A stretch of DNA of 64,000 bases from a virus: IMG/VR virus record IMGVR_UViG_3300037088_000361, positions 1 through 64,000 of that record, one strand, 5' to 3'. Under the pieces are notes generated by a model. It did no database searches, was not told the DNA's origin, and saw nothing but the letters and a program-made list of their open reading frames with translations. Shown piece by piece: positions 36,401 through 46,412 of the stretch. The first letter of the stretch is position 1, and the number at the start of each line of letters is the position of its first letter. A program made the position numbers and the translations under genes.

Positions 36401-39400
36401 CGGGGCTACGGATGACGTAGTGATGGACAGGGCATTATTCACGCTCATCGTGATGCCCTTCGTGATGGTGTTCCCATCGCTGTCTGTGAGGGTGAAGGTC
36501 ACAGTCTGGCTCTGCCCGTCCAGCCCGGAAGCGGAAGGAACGGTTCCCGTAAGAGCACCCGTTGATAGATTGAGGGTGATATAGGCTGCTAGCCCGGCGA
36601 AGCTTGTAGCCATGTCACTTGTCCATGTGTAAGGCGATACTCCACCGTATCCCTGCAAGGTCTGACTGTATGCCACGCTCTCCACGGCGGCGGGAAGGGC
36701 TGCCGTCAGGATGGTCAGCGGGGTAGTGTATTTAACAGCAAACCGCTGGTAGGTGTAAGAGGACTGCCCCCCGATGTTGGTCGCCTTAATCCAAAGGTCA
36801 AAATACCCCGTCTCAGAAGGTTTACCGGTCAGCGTTACGTTGGTTCCCGATACCCCAAGGGTTAAACCGGCAGGCAGGTGTCCACGATAGACCGTGGCGC
36901 TAGCAAGGCTGGACGGGGAATTGCTCGTGATGTCCGACGTACTACTGTAGGTCGTCTGGAGGGTTCCTGCAGGCAATGTTCCGTTGAGCGAGAATGGGGC
37001 AGTTGTCTGCGTGTCCCAGTAGATGGTAATAGTGCCATGGACAACGCTATTGGAATCCAAGTATTGCAAGACCGTGATATTGCTTCCGCCCGTAAGTGAG
37101 CCAAAAGTGACCAGCAACTTCCCATAGACTAGACCGGTAACTTGGTCAAGGGATAGCCCCATGGGGAGCACGCTTCCCGTTTTAAGGCTGACGACGAGAG
37201 TCTCCGGATTGATGACCTTCGGGGAGTTAAAATAGGGACGCTGGGGGTTTAGTCCTACTAGGTCATTGACCAAGTAGGGACGGGTATAGGAAAATGATAC
37301 CCCCACATCTCCTACCGTGAAGCTAGTATCGTCATGGGAGAGAAGGGAAAAAGCACGGATAAGAGTAGCCACTGTAGCAGTCCCGTTAGTGAGCGGGATG
37401 GGAACATGCACTTCAGTATTGCCAAAAGTCGTAGGCGGTCCGACGACCTCTACAACAGAGTCGCCAGTGAGCGGCGGAGACTGGGGAGGGGATAGGGAAG
37501 CCTGCAAGTCTGGATTGACGGTGACCACCAAGCCGTTAGGGTTGTAAAAATCCCCCACGGGAACGGTCAACAGGTTGCCCCGATTGATGAGGAACCCCTG
37601 TAGCTGCCCGACTATCTGATGGGCTAGAGAACTGGTGTCACTGTTCTCCCAGTCATAGTCAAATGCCGCCTCCACCACGAGGATATTATTGACCTCGGTG
37701 GCTACCGTGTAGTAGAACGTCTTAGTTATCGGAGTGTTAAGGGTGTCGTGAACCTGTACGGTGAAACTGTGAACCCCGAGGGCATTGTTAGGCACGCTGA
37801 CCTCAAACTCAAACAGCCCGTTCTGCAAGGCGCTGTTGACAACATAAGAGGTGTCAGCCGTGGGGACGGAGACACTGACTAATGTGTAGGGAGAAACCCC
37901 TCCGAACAACGGAGCCTCAATCCTGAAGTTTTGCCCGGCGAAGATGGTAGGCTGGTCAAGTACCCCGAACTGAAGGACGGCTGGGGACAGGACGACGGTA
38001 AGGGTCTGAGAGGCAAGCGCCCCCACGGCATCCTGCACCTGCACGGTGACGGAGAACGGCGTGGCGAAGTCGGCAGAGGCATAGGTGCAGGGCACCCCGG
38101 AGATGACCCCGGTGGCCGGGTTGAGGGTCAATCCCACGGGCAGTGAGCCGCCTTGGATGGACCATGTGAACGGCAGAAGCCCCCCATTGTTTTGTAGCGT
38201 AAAAGAATAGGGGGTCAAAACCGTTGCACCCGGCAGCGAGGTCGTGGTAATTGCCAGGTTGGTCGGAATGGTGTAGATGAAGGTGCTCTCGGCGATAAAT
38301 GCCGGAGTTGTGCTGTCCATGACCGCCACGTTGACAGTGAAGTTGCCAAGCTGGGTCGGGGTGCCGCTGATGGTGCCGTCGATGCTCATATTGAGTCCGG
38401 GCGACAGCCCGTTGGAGAACCAGCTATAGGGGGCATTGCCCCCCGTGGCGACCATGAACTTGAAATACTCTTGCGGTAGCCCCACATAGGAGTTGGTGGG
38501 CATGGCCGTGGTGGAAATCTTTACCGGGGAGAGGTTTCCGGTTCCGGGGGCTACCTCAAAAAGAGGCTCAAGGAGTTCCTTTGCCTGCGGGCGTCCCGAG
38601 AATGGGAACACGTCCAGTGCCATGGTGCCAAGGAGCGAGCTTGCATTGCTGTACCGACTGGTGGCCACAAGGAGTTTAAGCTCGTTAGTCTGGGTGTCCC
38701 GGACAAGGTTGCGAGCGATGACCTCATAGGGTTGGGGGGTCGCCGTGGCAGAAGAATTGTCAACAAGCTCAAACCCCGCTTCGCCGCCGACACCGAGCGT
38801 CCCAGTAATGCTGGTTTCCGGGGCAGCCGAATACTGCTGGTTGACCACGAAAACGGAAGAGGAAAAGGTACGAGACAGGCTGACGGGGGGGACGTTCGCG
38901 CCGAAGTTGCTGAGTGTCTGCACCGTAATGACCCAAGAGCCGGAAGTAGTAAAGATAGTAGTAAAGGTCCGGCTGGTTATGGGCAGGGGACCGGAGGACA
39001 TGGTAACTTGGGAGTTGGTGCTCAGGACGGCTGTGACCTGCCAGCCGCTTATGCCCGTGCTCCCATAAAGGCTGCTGAGGGTAATAGTCAACGCTTGCCC
39101 AAGCTCCAAGGTGGGAGCGCTGAGCGTGACCATCCCCGAGAGGTCGGACGGGAAAGTGAGGGGGCTTGCCCACTCCGGGCAGTTCTGGAATTGCCCGAGG
39201 TCCGCTGAGACTGCATCCATGTTGATAGAGTAGTCTCCGACCCCAAGAGTCTGCTGGAAAGCTCGGCTGCTCACCGTCCCCCCTGAGCTAAGACCGTCAG
39301 TAAAGTAGGATACGGCGGTGTTTCCGGGAGGGTTAGCAAGGAGGATATTCCATCCCTCGTAGGCAGAGTAGGGAAGGTCACCTGATAGAACCTCGTTAAC

Positions 39401-39481
39401 CGGCACCCAATTGACCGTCAAAAGATAGTCGTGGTCAAGGTTCGCAACGGTCGGCGAAAATGGAAGAACGGGTAAGCTCAT
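33422..39481 (-). CDS. Large virion protein with multiple putative-Ig (He_PIG-like) repeats
   Basis: Repeated ITTxSLP...Y...L.A.GG..PYTW....G.LP.GL.L...G.ISGTP...F.V.V.D units. Confidence 0.9.
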   Translation of the reverse strand: MSLPVLPFSPTVANLDHDYLLTVNWVPVNEVLSGDLPYSAYEGWNILLANPPGNTAVSYFTDGLSSGGTVSSRAFQQTLGVGDYSINMDAVSADLGQFQNCPEWASPLTFPSDLSGMVTLSAPTLELGQALTITLSSLYGSTGISGWQVTAVLSTNSQVTMSSGPLPITSRTFTTIFTTSGSWVITVQTLSNFGANVPPVSLSRTFSSSVFVVNQQYSAAPETSITGTLGVGGEAGFELVDNSSATATPQPYEVIARNLVRDTQTNELKLLVATSRYSNASSLLGTMALDVFPFSGRPQAKELLEPLFEVAPGTGNLSPVKISTTAMPTNSYVGLPQEYFKFMVATGGNAPYSWFSNGLSPGLNMSIDGTISGTPTQLGNFTVNVAVMDSTTPAFIAESTFIYTIPTNLAITTTSLPGATVLTPYSFTLQNNGGLLPFTWSIQGGSLPVGLTLNPATGVISGVPCTYASADFATPFSVTVQVQDAVGALASQTLTVVLSPAVLQFGVLDQPTIFAGQNFRIEAPLFGGVSPYTLVSVSVPTADTSYVVNSALQNGLFEFEVSVPNNALGVHSFTVQVHDTLNTPITKTFYYTVATEVNNILVVEAAFDYDWENSDTSSLAHQIVGQLQGFLINRGNLLTVPVGDFYNPNGLVVTVNPDLQASLSPPQSPPLTGDSVVEVVGPPTTFGNTEVHVPIPLTNGTATVATLIRAFSLLSHDDTSFTVGDVGVSFSYTRPYLVNDLVGLNPQRPYFNSPKVINPETLVVSLKTGSVLPMGLSLDQVTGLVYGKLLVTFGSLTGGSNITVLQYLDSNSVVHGTITIYWDTQTTAPFSLNGTLPAGTLQTTYSSTSDITSNSPSSLASATVYRGHLPAGLTLGVSGTNVTLTGKPSETGYFDLWIKATNIGGQSSYTYQRFAVKYTTPLTILTAALPAAVESVAYSQTLQGYGGVSPYTWTSDMATSFAGLAAYITLNLSTGALTGTVPSASGLDGQSQTVTFTLTDSDGNTITKGITMSVNNALSITTSSVAPMTLSQAYTFAMQAVGGIPPYTWTVTAGTLPTGSPGVTINTATGILSGTPTQVGYGTQSITFQVTDSTFVSAVRALPVTVGVVAGMVINTSGVSTINRGSSYLGTLAVNGTYTTPVSWSVAGDSPNLLPTGLSLAASVSDSGATAKITGLYIGAVFTGYLVKVQAVDNAGHLATATLSLTASSNLAVTSSSPLPQGLINIVYSQQLTASGGGSPTGGAPVYTWSATGLPGGFSLSSSGLLTGTSATAINTTFNAVVTDGMSPMDSANKNLQLLISASTLAITTSSPLSQGTAGVAYSVTLVASGGTSPYTWQFVAGALPSGLNLTSNGTISGTTSSVGTFNFTVQVTDNISSISQKAFALTVITGMTLHTGVDYVNSTSTNSLGEVTSLDNVATISGSNRSFYVVATGVIATSPSQLSATVPSGFSYVVQSASSGTAYIKLSGPFGSGSTGSNSFSITVTDVGGVNASATFTWTVYTSLGPVTAQPSSGSIPAYGIPLLEGTAGSLPIVNNGSSFVLPGPFGGTSAPPASAATSIFALSGDNNSYQGLVSFGWDGTNFKYSYAGGSLPVGVALTNVTLKEQDIAWYSTPSGYDLFSTGQASVEAFLYMTNPTIPSSGVAPLALTIPSTNTTTVTVSSGQPQTETEVPSSYEAWISYGNLKNGGQDTITLYGSNNTVDTSQILDLTNFLLGLPSNATVTQVRVNLNLNQSAGTSATYLNVNLLGVSGTTTQTQIRGGNSFSFNGTWMAAQLNAAGFGVGFFANCTNSPGTGAIIQLTTVTLQVTYSVPNYNAITVTLSEPLSPQQQGTASSTGNSISATASLDAGVTLVSITPTYGSGATAGWLTGWVLQVDFPSGAGTITTHLTMTVQGTLTYLSGTSIVTQNHVYVNGAVATIVGTYSGGGGGGGGSTLVMNTSSLPTTFVAEAYTCQMIASGGTPGYAWSMIGSVPGLTFDSSGLLAGFAHIASTYNLQFSVSDSSIPIQTVTKSLTLTVA

Positions 39482-39485
39482 ATTT

Positions 39486-42400
39486 TTATCCTATATATGC
39501 CACCACCGCTGAGGTAGAATCCTTTGTTATGCCTCCAAGAAACGAGTCAATAGTCGCCGAGCGGGACAATATCGAGTTTGCCGTGAGGACCACCGAACCC
39601 TTGGTCTGGAAGCTCCCGTCCGTCACGACGCTGGAGTTAAGCTGGGCATAGGCTACCACCGTAGAGGCAGCGACATCAGTTTCCTGCCCAGTTGCCGTGG
39701 AGTGGAGGGAAAGGTTGACGCAGGAGGCACGCTCCGCCGTGAAGAACGCTCCGGGCGTCCCCCCGGCTGGGATAATAAGAGCAACCCCAGACACGGTAAG
39801 CTCGGATTGAGCAAGGACAAAGCCAGTACCATAATTAGGGAGGGACATTGTTCCCCCTGTCATAATGACACCGGAACCCTGCTCAAACCCCCCCGCCTGT
39901 GCATTGCCCACAAAGACACAGTTGACGAACTCTACGTCGGAATCAATACCGTAGACAGCGGGGTTGACGAATCCTTGGAATTGGATGTTGTTGAATAATA
40001 CCCGACTGTTGTCCATGAAGAATGCCGAGGTCGGTCCGTCGCCGAACCCTCCCCACCCAGTTGCGTCAATGATGATGGGGCTGGTCGCCGTAGCTGTACT
40101 GGTGATGACAACACGCCCCTCCTCCTGTATGCTAAAGGCAAAGTTCGCCAGCGCATACCACTTGGCGGTGCGGATGGAGCCGTCGCCGAGGGCAATAACC
40201 TGCAAGGTGTTGGAAATGTTGGCAATCGTGTAGGGCACCCCAGTGGTGATAAGCTGGATGGAGCACGGATGACGGAGCACTGGAGGCAAAGTCGCCACGG
40301 CTGCCGTGATGGTAAGCTTTGGGGCTGTGGTGCTTAGTCCATCGTTGGAATCATTGCCGCTGACATTGTTCACGTAGAGGATGATGGGGGCGATAGTGGA
40401 CTGGAGGTTCTGTCCCAAGACCGTACGAGGCGTCGGGGCGGTGATAGCGAACCCGACATGCGGGTTGGACTGGGCAAAGCCCCGTCCCCCCGTCCCGCCT
40501 TGGAGGAGTGTTATGACCTTCCTGATGTCCTTGTTCATCGGCAGAATGAAGTCGTTGACATGTAGCGGGGTCTCAAGGGTGGTCTCTACGTTGTTCTGCC
40601 GCATCGCCACATAGTTGTTGTCAAACAGGGTGGAAAGCGGCATGTTCGTGAGGGAGGAGTCCGTCCAGTTTACTTGCGTTGGCAGGCTGTTGGAGATGGG
40701 AAGCTCACGATTGTAGGGGTACACGTCGGAAAGCCCGACTTGTGGTGCCGCCCCGGAGCCATTAGTGGTTATCAGGGCATTGTCAACCGTGTAAAGAATC
40801 TCGTAGTTGTGCCCAGTCATCCCTTCTCCCTGATAAGGGACATATCTCTCCTCCACGGTCATGATGCTGCTTGGGGCGAGGGAAGGAAGGATGGAGCCTA
40901 CGAAGAAGAAGTAGCTCCCGCCGTTGCTGATGTCAAGGTTGACCCCCGGAACCACCACGGTGGCAATCCCGTTATTGAAGTCAGCGACGGATACCTGCAC
41001 GGCGTTTAGGTTGTTTGACTGCCCGAGAACCCACACGAACTTGTTGGTGTCATCCCCGGCGATGCCCTTAATGGTGCATCCGTTGGATGCCAAAACGATG
41101 GTGCTGGCGTTCGCCGTGTTACTGTAAGACACAGACTCCACGATGACACGGGGGTCCATCCTGAATGGTCCAAGCGAGGGAATATAGTTCCCGAACAGGA
41201 CCGTCTCCTCAATTTGAGTAACTCCCTTTACCGGGGCATTGTAGGCTACTTGTGCGGTGTTGGATGCCATGAAGGACATCACGACGGTACTGGTCGAAAC
41301 CACGCCCCCCTGTATAGTCACAATGCAAGTATTCCCGTTAATGGTGCGAGAAATGACGCTGTAGGGCGAGGACGAACCGGAGTTCAGGTCCCAAGCATTT
41401 ATAATATATAACCCATTGCCGTTTCCATTGATTCCCGCCCCGGAGACTACAAAGGTGGTGACGGGGTTGCCTGCCACGGTCTGCTGGACGCCGGAAGAGC
41501 CAAGAACCTTGACATATACCCTCGTGCCAAACTGGACGCTGGAGTACTCAGGGTTCTCCGTCCATAGTTGGTAAGTCTGCGGGTCGGCTGCAAGCTGTTG
41601 AGTCTGTATGGCGTACTCGGACACCCCATAGACAGGCATCGTGGCTCCCGTGGTTGCGTCATAGAGGCTCCCACCGTCTATGGCAATCGGGGTCTTGATG
41701 AGGTTAGCGCTCCCCCCTGCCGGATAGGTCACCCCGATGGTCACATAAAGGTCGTTCACTCCGGGGTCAAAGGGTGAAACATAGCTTCCCGAACTGAAGA
41801 CCGGAGCATTGGGGAACGACACGGTGATGGTCTTGGAGTTTACCCCGGAGATGAGAATCTGGCTGCCGAGGAGATTGATGGGAATGGACACCCCGGAGGA
41901 GCCGGTGTTGAACCCCTGCACGAAGACCGAGGTTATCGTGGCGCTAGTCGTGGTGGGGAGAGAGAGGGAAAAGGCATCGTTAAGCTCCCATGACGCTCCC
42001 GGAATGCCTACGGTTTTGCCAATGGTTCCCGATGTCCCAAAGGGATTAGCGGGAGTGCTGGGGGTACCACTGATGCTGGCCTGGACCGTCGTGTAATAGG
42101 TACGCAGGTCAGAACTGAACCCGTTGAAAAAGCCGTCAAACTGTCCCACCGTGTTGATGACCCCGGCATTGGCGGGAGCCACCGAGACGTAATAGTCGAG
42201 AGCGGACCCTAAGGCGGCGGTGCTACTGCCGGGGGACTTCCCCCTGCCAATAGCAGCCCGCAGCTTTCCCGTGATGAGGTCCACGAAACCGTTGTCGGTG
42301 AGCGTGTCGTACTCCCATCCGTCGAGGCTTACCGTCTGCCTAGTATCCACAGCGTCGTCGGGGTATATCTGGTCCGCTAGCCGGGCATCAAAGCGCCCGG

Positions 42401-43373
42401 AGACATCCCAGTAGATAGTCCCGGAGGTGTTCAGGTTGTTGGGGTCGGCGCACCCGAAAATGTTGTAGGCAGTAGAGAAGCCCCCGGAGTTGCGCTGGAA
42501 GCAGACGGCCACTGGCATGGCATAGCTGTAGCCGTCCATCGTGCCGAGGAGGTTCGTAGTGTTGCCGTCCCCCGCCCGCCACAGACCCGTGTCCCCGGTG
42601 ATGGTGCCCATGTTGGTGAACTGGTAGACAGACCCGGAGGAGTTGACCGGGGAGACCTGCCCTGCCTGCGCATAGACCGCTTGGTTGACGCCCAGTCCCA
42701 TCGGGTCAAGACCATAACGGTACCTCGTGAAGTCGTAAGTAAGGCTTACACGCTGGACGTTCAGCCTCCACTGGATTTGCGCCCGCTGGGTAGTGCTGAG
42801 ACCATTGTTGAAGATGTCCACGGAGTCGTCCGGCATGGACTCAAGGAAGGCAAAGGAGGGGGTGACGCACCCGTAGGGGTAGAAGTAGTTCTGCCCGGTG
42901 ACAGGGTCAACGTAGTAACCCGTGACCGACCCGGCAGCAGGGCTGAGCGACTGGTACCAAAGCTCAAGGAACACCACGTAGATGTGAGCAGGCTCATCAG
43001 ATGACGCTGTGTTCCAGAATTCCGGGGCGGGCAGGACCACGCTGTTGAGGGATTGGTTGTTCAGGATTGAGCGGGGGTCGGAGCCGGTGATGGCCACGAC
43101 CTCCCCGTTGAACAGGACATCAAATCCGGGAATGGTAAGGGCGTTGGGGACAGTCGTGTCGAAAGCCATCGGCTGCCAGGTCAGGCAGCCGGAGGTCGCC
43201 GGACCGTCTGTAAGTAACTGGGAACGCTGGTACCGTTGGTTGTCCTGAGCAAGGTTGAAGTCGCTATCAGAAAGCATGTGGTCGTGTAGACCTACAACAG
43301 TCAAAAGGCTCCGCCCGGTTGGGTCAAGAGTCCTAGAGACGACTGAAGGATATTGGAATGTGCTATCTGCCAT
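39486..43373 (-). CDS. Tail spike/fibre-like protein with C-terminal beta-helix-like region
   Basis: YVNNVSGNDSNDGLS...KLTI..A motif then a beta-helix-like tail; N-terminal YVVFLELWY, RAQIQWRL. Confidence 0.75.
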   Translation of the reverse strand: MADSTFQYPSVVSRTLDPTGRSLLTVVGLHDHMLSDSDFNLAQDNQRYQRSQLLTDGPATSGCLTWQPMAFDTTVPNALTIPGFDVLFNGEVVAITGSDPRSILNNQSLNSVVLPAPEFWNTASSDEPAHIYVVFLELWYQSLSPAAGSVTGYYVDPVTGQNYFYPYGCVTPSFAFLESMPDDSVDIFNNGLSTTQRAQIQWRLNVQRVSLTYDFTRYRYGLDPMGLGVNQAVYAQAGQVSPVNSSGSVYQFTNMGTITGDTGLWRAGDGNTTNLLGTMDGYSYAMPVAVCFQRNSGGFSTAYNIFGCADPNNLNTSGTIYWDVSGRFDARLADQIYPDDAVDTRQTVSLDGWEYDTLTDNGFVDLITGKLRAAIGRGKSPGSSTAALGSALDYYVSVAPANAGVINTVGQFDGFFNGFSSDLRTYYTTVQASISGTPSTPANPFGTSGTIGKTVGIPGASWELNDAFSLSLPTTTSATITSVFVQGFNTGSSGVSIPINLLGSQILISGVNSKTITVSFPNAPVFSSGSYVSPFDPGVNDLYVTIGVTYPAGGSANLIKTPIAIDGGSLYDATTGATMPVYGVSEYAIQTQQLAADPQTYQLWTENPEYSSVQFGTRVYVKVLGSSGVQQTVAGNPVTTFVVSGAGINGNGNGLYIINAWDLNSGSSSPYSVISRTINGNTCIVTIQGGVVSTSTVVMSFMASNTAQVAYNAPVKGVTQIEETVLFGNYIPSLGPFRMDPRVIVESVSYSNTANASTIVLASNGCTIKGIAGDDTNKFVWVLGQSNNLNAVQVSVADFNNGIATVVVPGVNLDISNGGSYFFFVGSILPSLAPSSIMTVEERYVPYQGEGMTGHNYEILYTVDNALITTNGSGAAPQVGLSDVYPYNRELPISNSLPTQVNWTDSSLTNMPLSTLFDNNYVAMRQNNVETTLETPLHVNDFILPMNKDIRKVITLLQGGTGGRGFAQSNPHVGFAITAPTPRTVLGQNLQSTIAPIILYVNNVSGNDSNDGLSTTAPKLTITAAVATLPPVLRHPCSIQLITTGVPYTIANISNTLQVIALGDGSIRTAKWYALANFAFSIQEEGRVVITSTATATSPIIIDATGWGGFGDGPTSAFFMDNSRVLFNNIQFQGFVNPAVYGIDSDVEFVNCVFVGNAQAGGFEQGSGVIMTGGTMSLPNYGTGFVLAQSELTVSGVALIIPAGGTPGAFFTAERASCVNLSLHSTATGQETDVAASTVVAYAQLNSSVVTDGSFQTKGSVVLTANSILSRSATIDSFLGGITKDSTSAVVAYIG

Positions 43374-43431
43374 TATTCACCTGTGCCCTGACTTCTCATC
43401 TACTTAGTAGAGGAAAGTCAGAGGATTTGAG

Positions 43432-43983
43432 ATGGCTGTTGTACTTTACAATTTCATGAACCAGCCAATTCTGGCCAGTGCGCTCGTGCAGGTCTCGGAT
43501 AGCGACAGTTTTTATTTTCCCGAGGACAATGGCCATTATGGCTATGCTTTTAACGGCTCCCACTACACGAACGGAATACAAGGTTCCCCCCCGCTCGTGG
43601 CCTCTTGGTATTCCGAGGGTGTGGGTCCATACCGGGGGTCTTCCGCCCCCTTCCCGTCCTATGGACTCATCCTTCTCGGGAGAGCGAACCTTACCATCCT
43701 TGACGAGAGCACCTCGGCGCTGAAGCTGTGGATGACCTTCCTCCTCAGTGACTTACTACTGCTCACCGACAATTTTGCCTTGGGCAACCAGAACTACTCC
43801 CCACCTGCGCTAGTGGGATACATCCCCTCGGGACTTTCCTACGCCAACGGGGTCATATCAGTAGTGTATAGCCCCGATGCAGGGGCGGAAAGCTTGGTTT
43901 ATCCCCCTCAGCCAGCAACGAGCAGTTTGATTGTAAATATTGATTTTGCTACTGACTCTGCTTGGTTGGATACTTCTCTATAA
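43432..43983 (+). CDS. Hypothetical, probably virion protein (divergent orientation)
   Basis: GAGGA RBS; structural-type composition; two SPP motifs. Confidence 0.7.
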   Translation: MAVVLYNFMNQPILASALVQVSDSDSFYFPEDNGHYGYAFNGSHYTNGIQGSPPLVASWYSEGVGPYRGSSAPFPSYGLILLGRANLTILDESTSALKLWMTFLLSDLLLLTDNFALGNQNYSPPALVGYIPSGLSYANGVISVVYSPDAGAESLVYPPQPATSSLIVNIDFATDSAWLDTSL

Positions 43984-44027
43984 AACGAAAAAATGAACTT
44001 TCTAAAGCCTTTATGGGGGGAAGGTTT

Positions 44028-44993
44028 ATGTTCATATATCTTATCGTCAACCATAAGACTGGCAAATATTATGTCGGGCAACATAAAGGTAACAACCTAA
44101 AGCAGTACCTTCAGAGGAAATTTTGGGATGCTAAACACCAACGCAGTGGAAGTTCCCATCTATACAATTCCATGAGAAAGTACCCTCAGTCCACGTTGTG
44201 GTCCATCCACGCTCTCCGTTCCGACATTCAGACCAAGGAGGAACTTGACCAGACCGAGCGAGATTTCATTAAGTTCCTGAAATCCCAAGACTCAGAATAC
44301 GGCTACAACATTTGTCGGGGTGGGGAAGGGCACACTGGTCCACTCTCTCTTGAAACCAGAAAAAAAATAGGTATAGCCAGCAAAAAATCATGGTTGAATC
44401 CAATTTATCGTGCTCAACTAACGAATGAAACTAAAAGACGATGGGCTAACCCTGAATTTCATACTAGAGAAACAGAGGCCCTCAGGCAAAGAAATTCCCA
44501 GCCTGAAAGATGTGCCAAGATATCCACATCTAGTAGAAAGGCTTGGGCAACTCCTGAATTCCGCATCAAGATATCTAAGGCTATAAAAGAAGCGCAAACC
44601 ACTCCTGAATTCCATACTTGGCGGTCAGAAACCAGCAAACGGATGTGGGCTGACCCAAGCTATCGTGCCAAACACTCGGAAGCGATGAATAAACTTCGGT
44701 CCGACCCTGAATACCGTATAAAGGTAGCCGAAGCTGTTAGGAAAACAAGCACTAACCCTGAGAGATGTGCCAAAATCGGCAACGCTACAAAACAAAAATG
44801 GAATGACCCAGAATACAGAGCCAAACAATCCGAAGCTAAGAAACGGATGTGGGCTGACCCAAGCTATCGTGCCAAGATATCTGAATCTAGGAAAAGGATG
44901 TGGGCTAATCCTGAATTTCATACCAAGACTTCCGCAGCCATTAGGAGAGGAAAATCAAAAATAGGAGAATCAAATGTTGCAGAAAACCGTTGA
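44028..44993 (+). CDS. GIY-YIG homing endonuclease with 11 x 17-aa repeats
   Basis: MFIYLIVNHKTGKYYVGQ...GYNICRGGEG; WADPSYRAK-type repeats. Confidence 0.88.
   Translation: MFIYLIVNHKTGKYYVGQHKGNNLKQYLQRKFWDAKHQRSGSSHLYNSMRKYPQSTLWSIHALRSDIQTKEELDQTERDFIKFLKSQDSEYGYNICRGGEGHTGPLSLETRKKIGIASKKSWLNPIYRAQLTNETKRRWANPEFHTRETEALRQRNSQPERCAKISTSSRKAWATPEFRIKISKAIKEAQTTPEFHTWRSETSKRMWADPSYRAKHSEAMNKLRSDPEYRIKVAEAVRKTSTNPERCAKIGNATKQKWNDPEYRAKQSEAKKRMWADPSYRAKISESRKRMWANPEFHTKTSAAIRRGKSKIGESNVAENR
44391..44951 (+). repeat. Intragenic 51-bp (17-aa) tandem repeat, ~11 copies
   Basis: W(A/N)(D/N)P(E/S)(F/Y)(R/H) recurs every 17 residues. Confidence 0.85.
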
Positions 44994-45510
44994 CCAAATT
45001 GTCGCTGCATATCCGTGGCCACCACTGGGGCACGAGGCAAACCTCCGCCAACTCCTCGGCTTCATCGCCTCCGACGAAGCTATGCAGGACCAACGGTGGG
45101 TTGCATACCTTTTAGCCACAACAAGGCATGAAACATGGTTTACCTTCGCTCCGGTTGAAGAGAAGGGCAACGGGGCAGGGCATCCTTATGGCAATCCCGA
45201 CCCAATTACTGGTAAGGTATATGCAGGCGCTGGTTACATCCAATTAACATGGAAGGGAAATTATGAGAAATTCTCAAAGATTCTGGGGGTTGACCTAGTG
45301 AACCACCCTGAGTATGCCTTGAACCCGACCATCGCCTACAAGATAGCCTCATACGGAATGGTTCACGGGAGCTTCACGGGAGTTGGACTTGGGAAGTATA
45401 TAAACTCCGAAGAGTGCGATTATTTTAACGCTCGTCGGGTGATAAATGGTATTGACTCCGCCGACTCAATAGCTGGGTTTGCCCAAGCGTTTGAGCGCAG
45501 CCTGAGTTAA
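44974..45510 (+). CDS. Glycoside hydrolase family 19 endolysin
   Basis: AYLLATTRHET..F.PVEE, YAGAGYIQLTWKGNY, DLVNHPE, ARRVING. Confidence 0.9.
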   Translation: MLQKTVDQIVAAYPWPPLGHEANLRQLLGFIASDEAMQDQRWVAYLLATTRHETWFTFAPVEEKGNGAGHPYGNPDPITGKVYAGAGYIQLTWKGNYEKFSKILGVDLVNHPEYALNPTIAYKIASYGMVHGSFTGVGLGKYINSEECDYFNARRVINGIDSADSIAGFAQAFERSLS

Positions 45511-45791
45511 CCCCCCTCCATAACACTAATAGAAGGCAAAGGGTGCTCAACCTCTTGGAGCGGTCCCAAGGGGTCTCCTGTCCTCGGTTCCACGGACAGC
45601 TTGGCATTGCCAGAAGCATCCGTGGCAAGCTTGGCTACCTCTGAGTCGTCAACCGCCCGTGCGGAGCCGACTGCCTTGTCCAACTGATATAAGGCGAGCC
45701 CCTCCTGCGGGTCGATTCCCCCTCGGGCGTAGGTCTTTACGACGTACTGAAGATACCCGTACAGGTCGTCCTGCAACATTAAGATTCTCAC
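45507..45791 (-). CDS. Hypothetical protein
   Basis: GGAGG RBS, GTG start. Confidence 0.6.
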   Translation of the reverse strand: MRILMLQDDLYGYLQYVVKTYARGGIDPQEGLALYQLDKAVGSARAVDDSEVAKLATDASGNAKLSVEPRTGDPLGPLQEVEHPLPSISVMEGG

Positions 45792-46290
45792 GCATTTCCT
45801 CCGTAACTATAGGGTCTTTTCCAGTGTCCCATGAAAAGTAAGACCTACAAGCGTCCCACGGCTTCCTCACAGCCTTGCAGCTAAGGGCAAGGTATGAGTA
45901 GTCGGGCTTGACTTCCCCGTAATAGAGAACCTCAATCCTGACATCCGTAACCCCGTCGAACCCGAGCCGCTGCATCGCCGCCGTGGAAACGTCGATAATC
46001 CTGTCAGGGATTCCGGGTCCACGGTCATTAATACGCACTTTCACAGACTTGTTATTGTGCAGGTTGATGACGAGGACGATGCTCCCGAACGGGAGGGTCC
46101 TATGGGCGGCTGTAAGCTTGTGATAATCAAATACTTCCCCACTGGAAGTGTGTTTTCCTTGGCGTTCCTTCCCATATGCGGAAGCCTTCCCGACTGAGTC
46201 CCACTTGACCTCGACGGGTCTCGGCATTGCTGGCAAGGCATTTCCGAGAAACACCAAGAGAGCACAAAGAACAGTCTTTAATATGCTCAA
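45649..46290 (-). CDS. RlpA-like double-psi beta-barrel lytic transglycosylase with signal peptide
   Basis: GKASAYG...TSSGEVFD...TAAHRTLPFG...VRINDRGP...RIIDVS; TTG start after AGGAGG; 3' end overlaps the next ORF. Confidence 0.88.
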   Translation of the reverse strand: MSILKTVLCALLVFLGNALPAMPRPVEVKWDSVGKASAYGKERQGKHTSSGEVFDYHKLTAAHRTLPFGSIVLVINLHNNKSVKVRINDRGPGIPDRIIDVSTAAMQRLGFDGVTDVRIEVLYYGEVKPDYSYLALSCKAVRKPWDACRSYFSWDTGKDPIVTEEMRENLNVAGRPVRVSSVRRKDLRPRGNRPAGGARLISVGQGSRLRTGG

Positions 46291-46412
46291 ATTTCCTCCT
46301 TTTAATGCAAATTTTACGCCTATTACTCTAACCCTTTCCGCCCGGATACACAAGGCCATAGTCACATGTTTAAGGTCTGGTAGTTGTTCAATACTGGATT
46401 TAAGGGTAAAAT

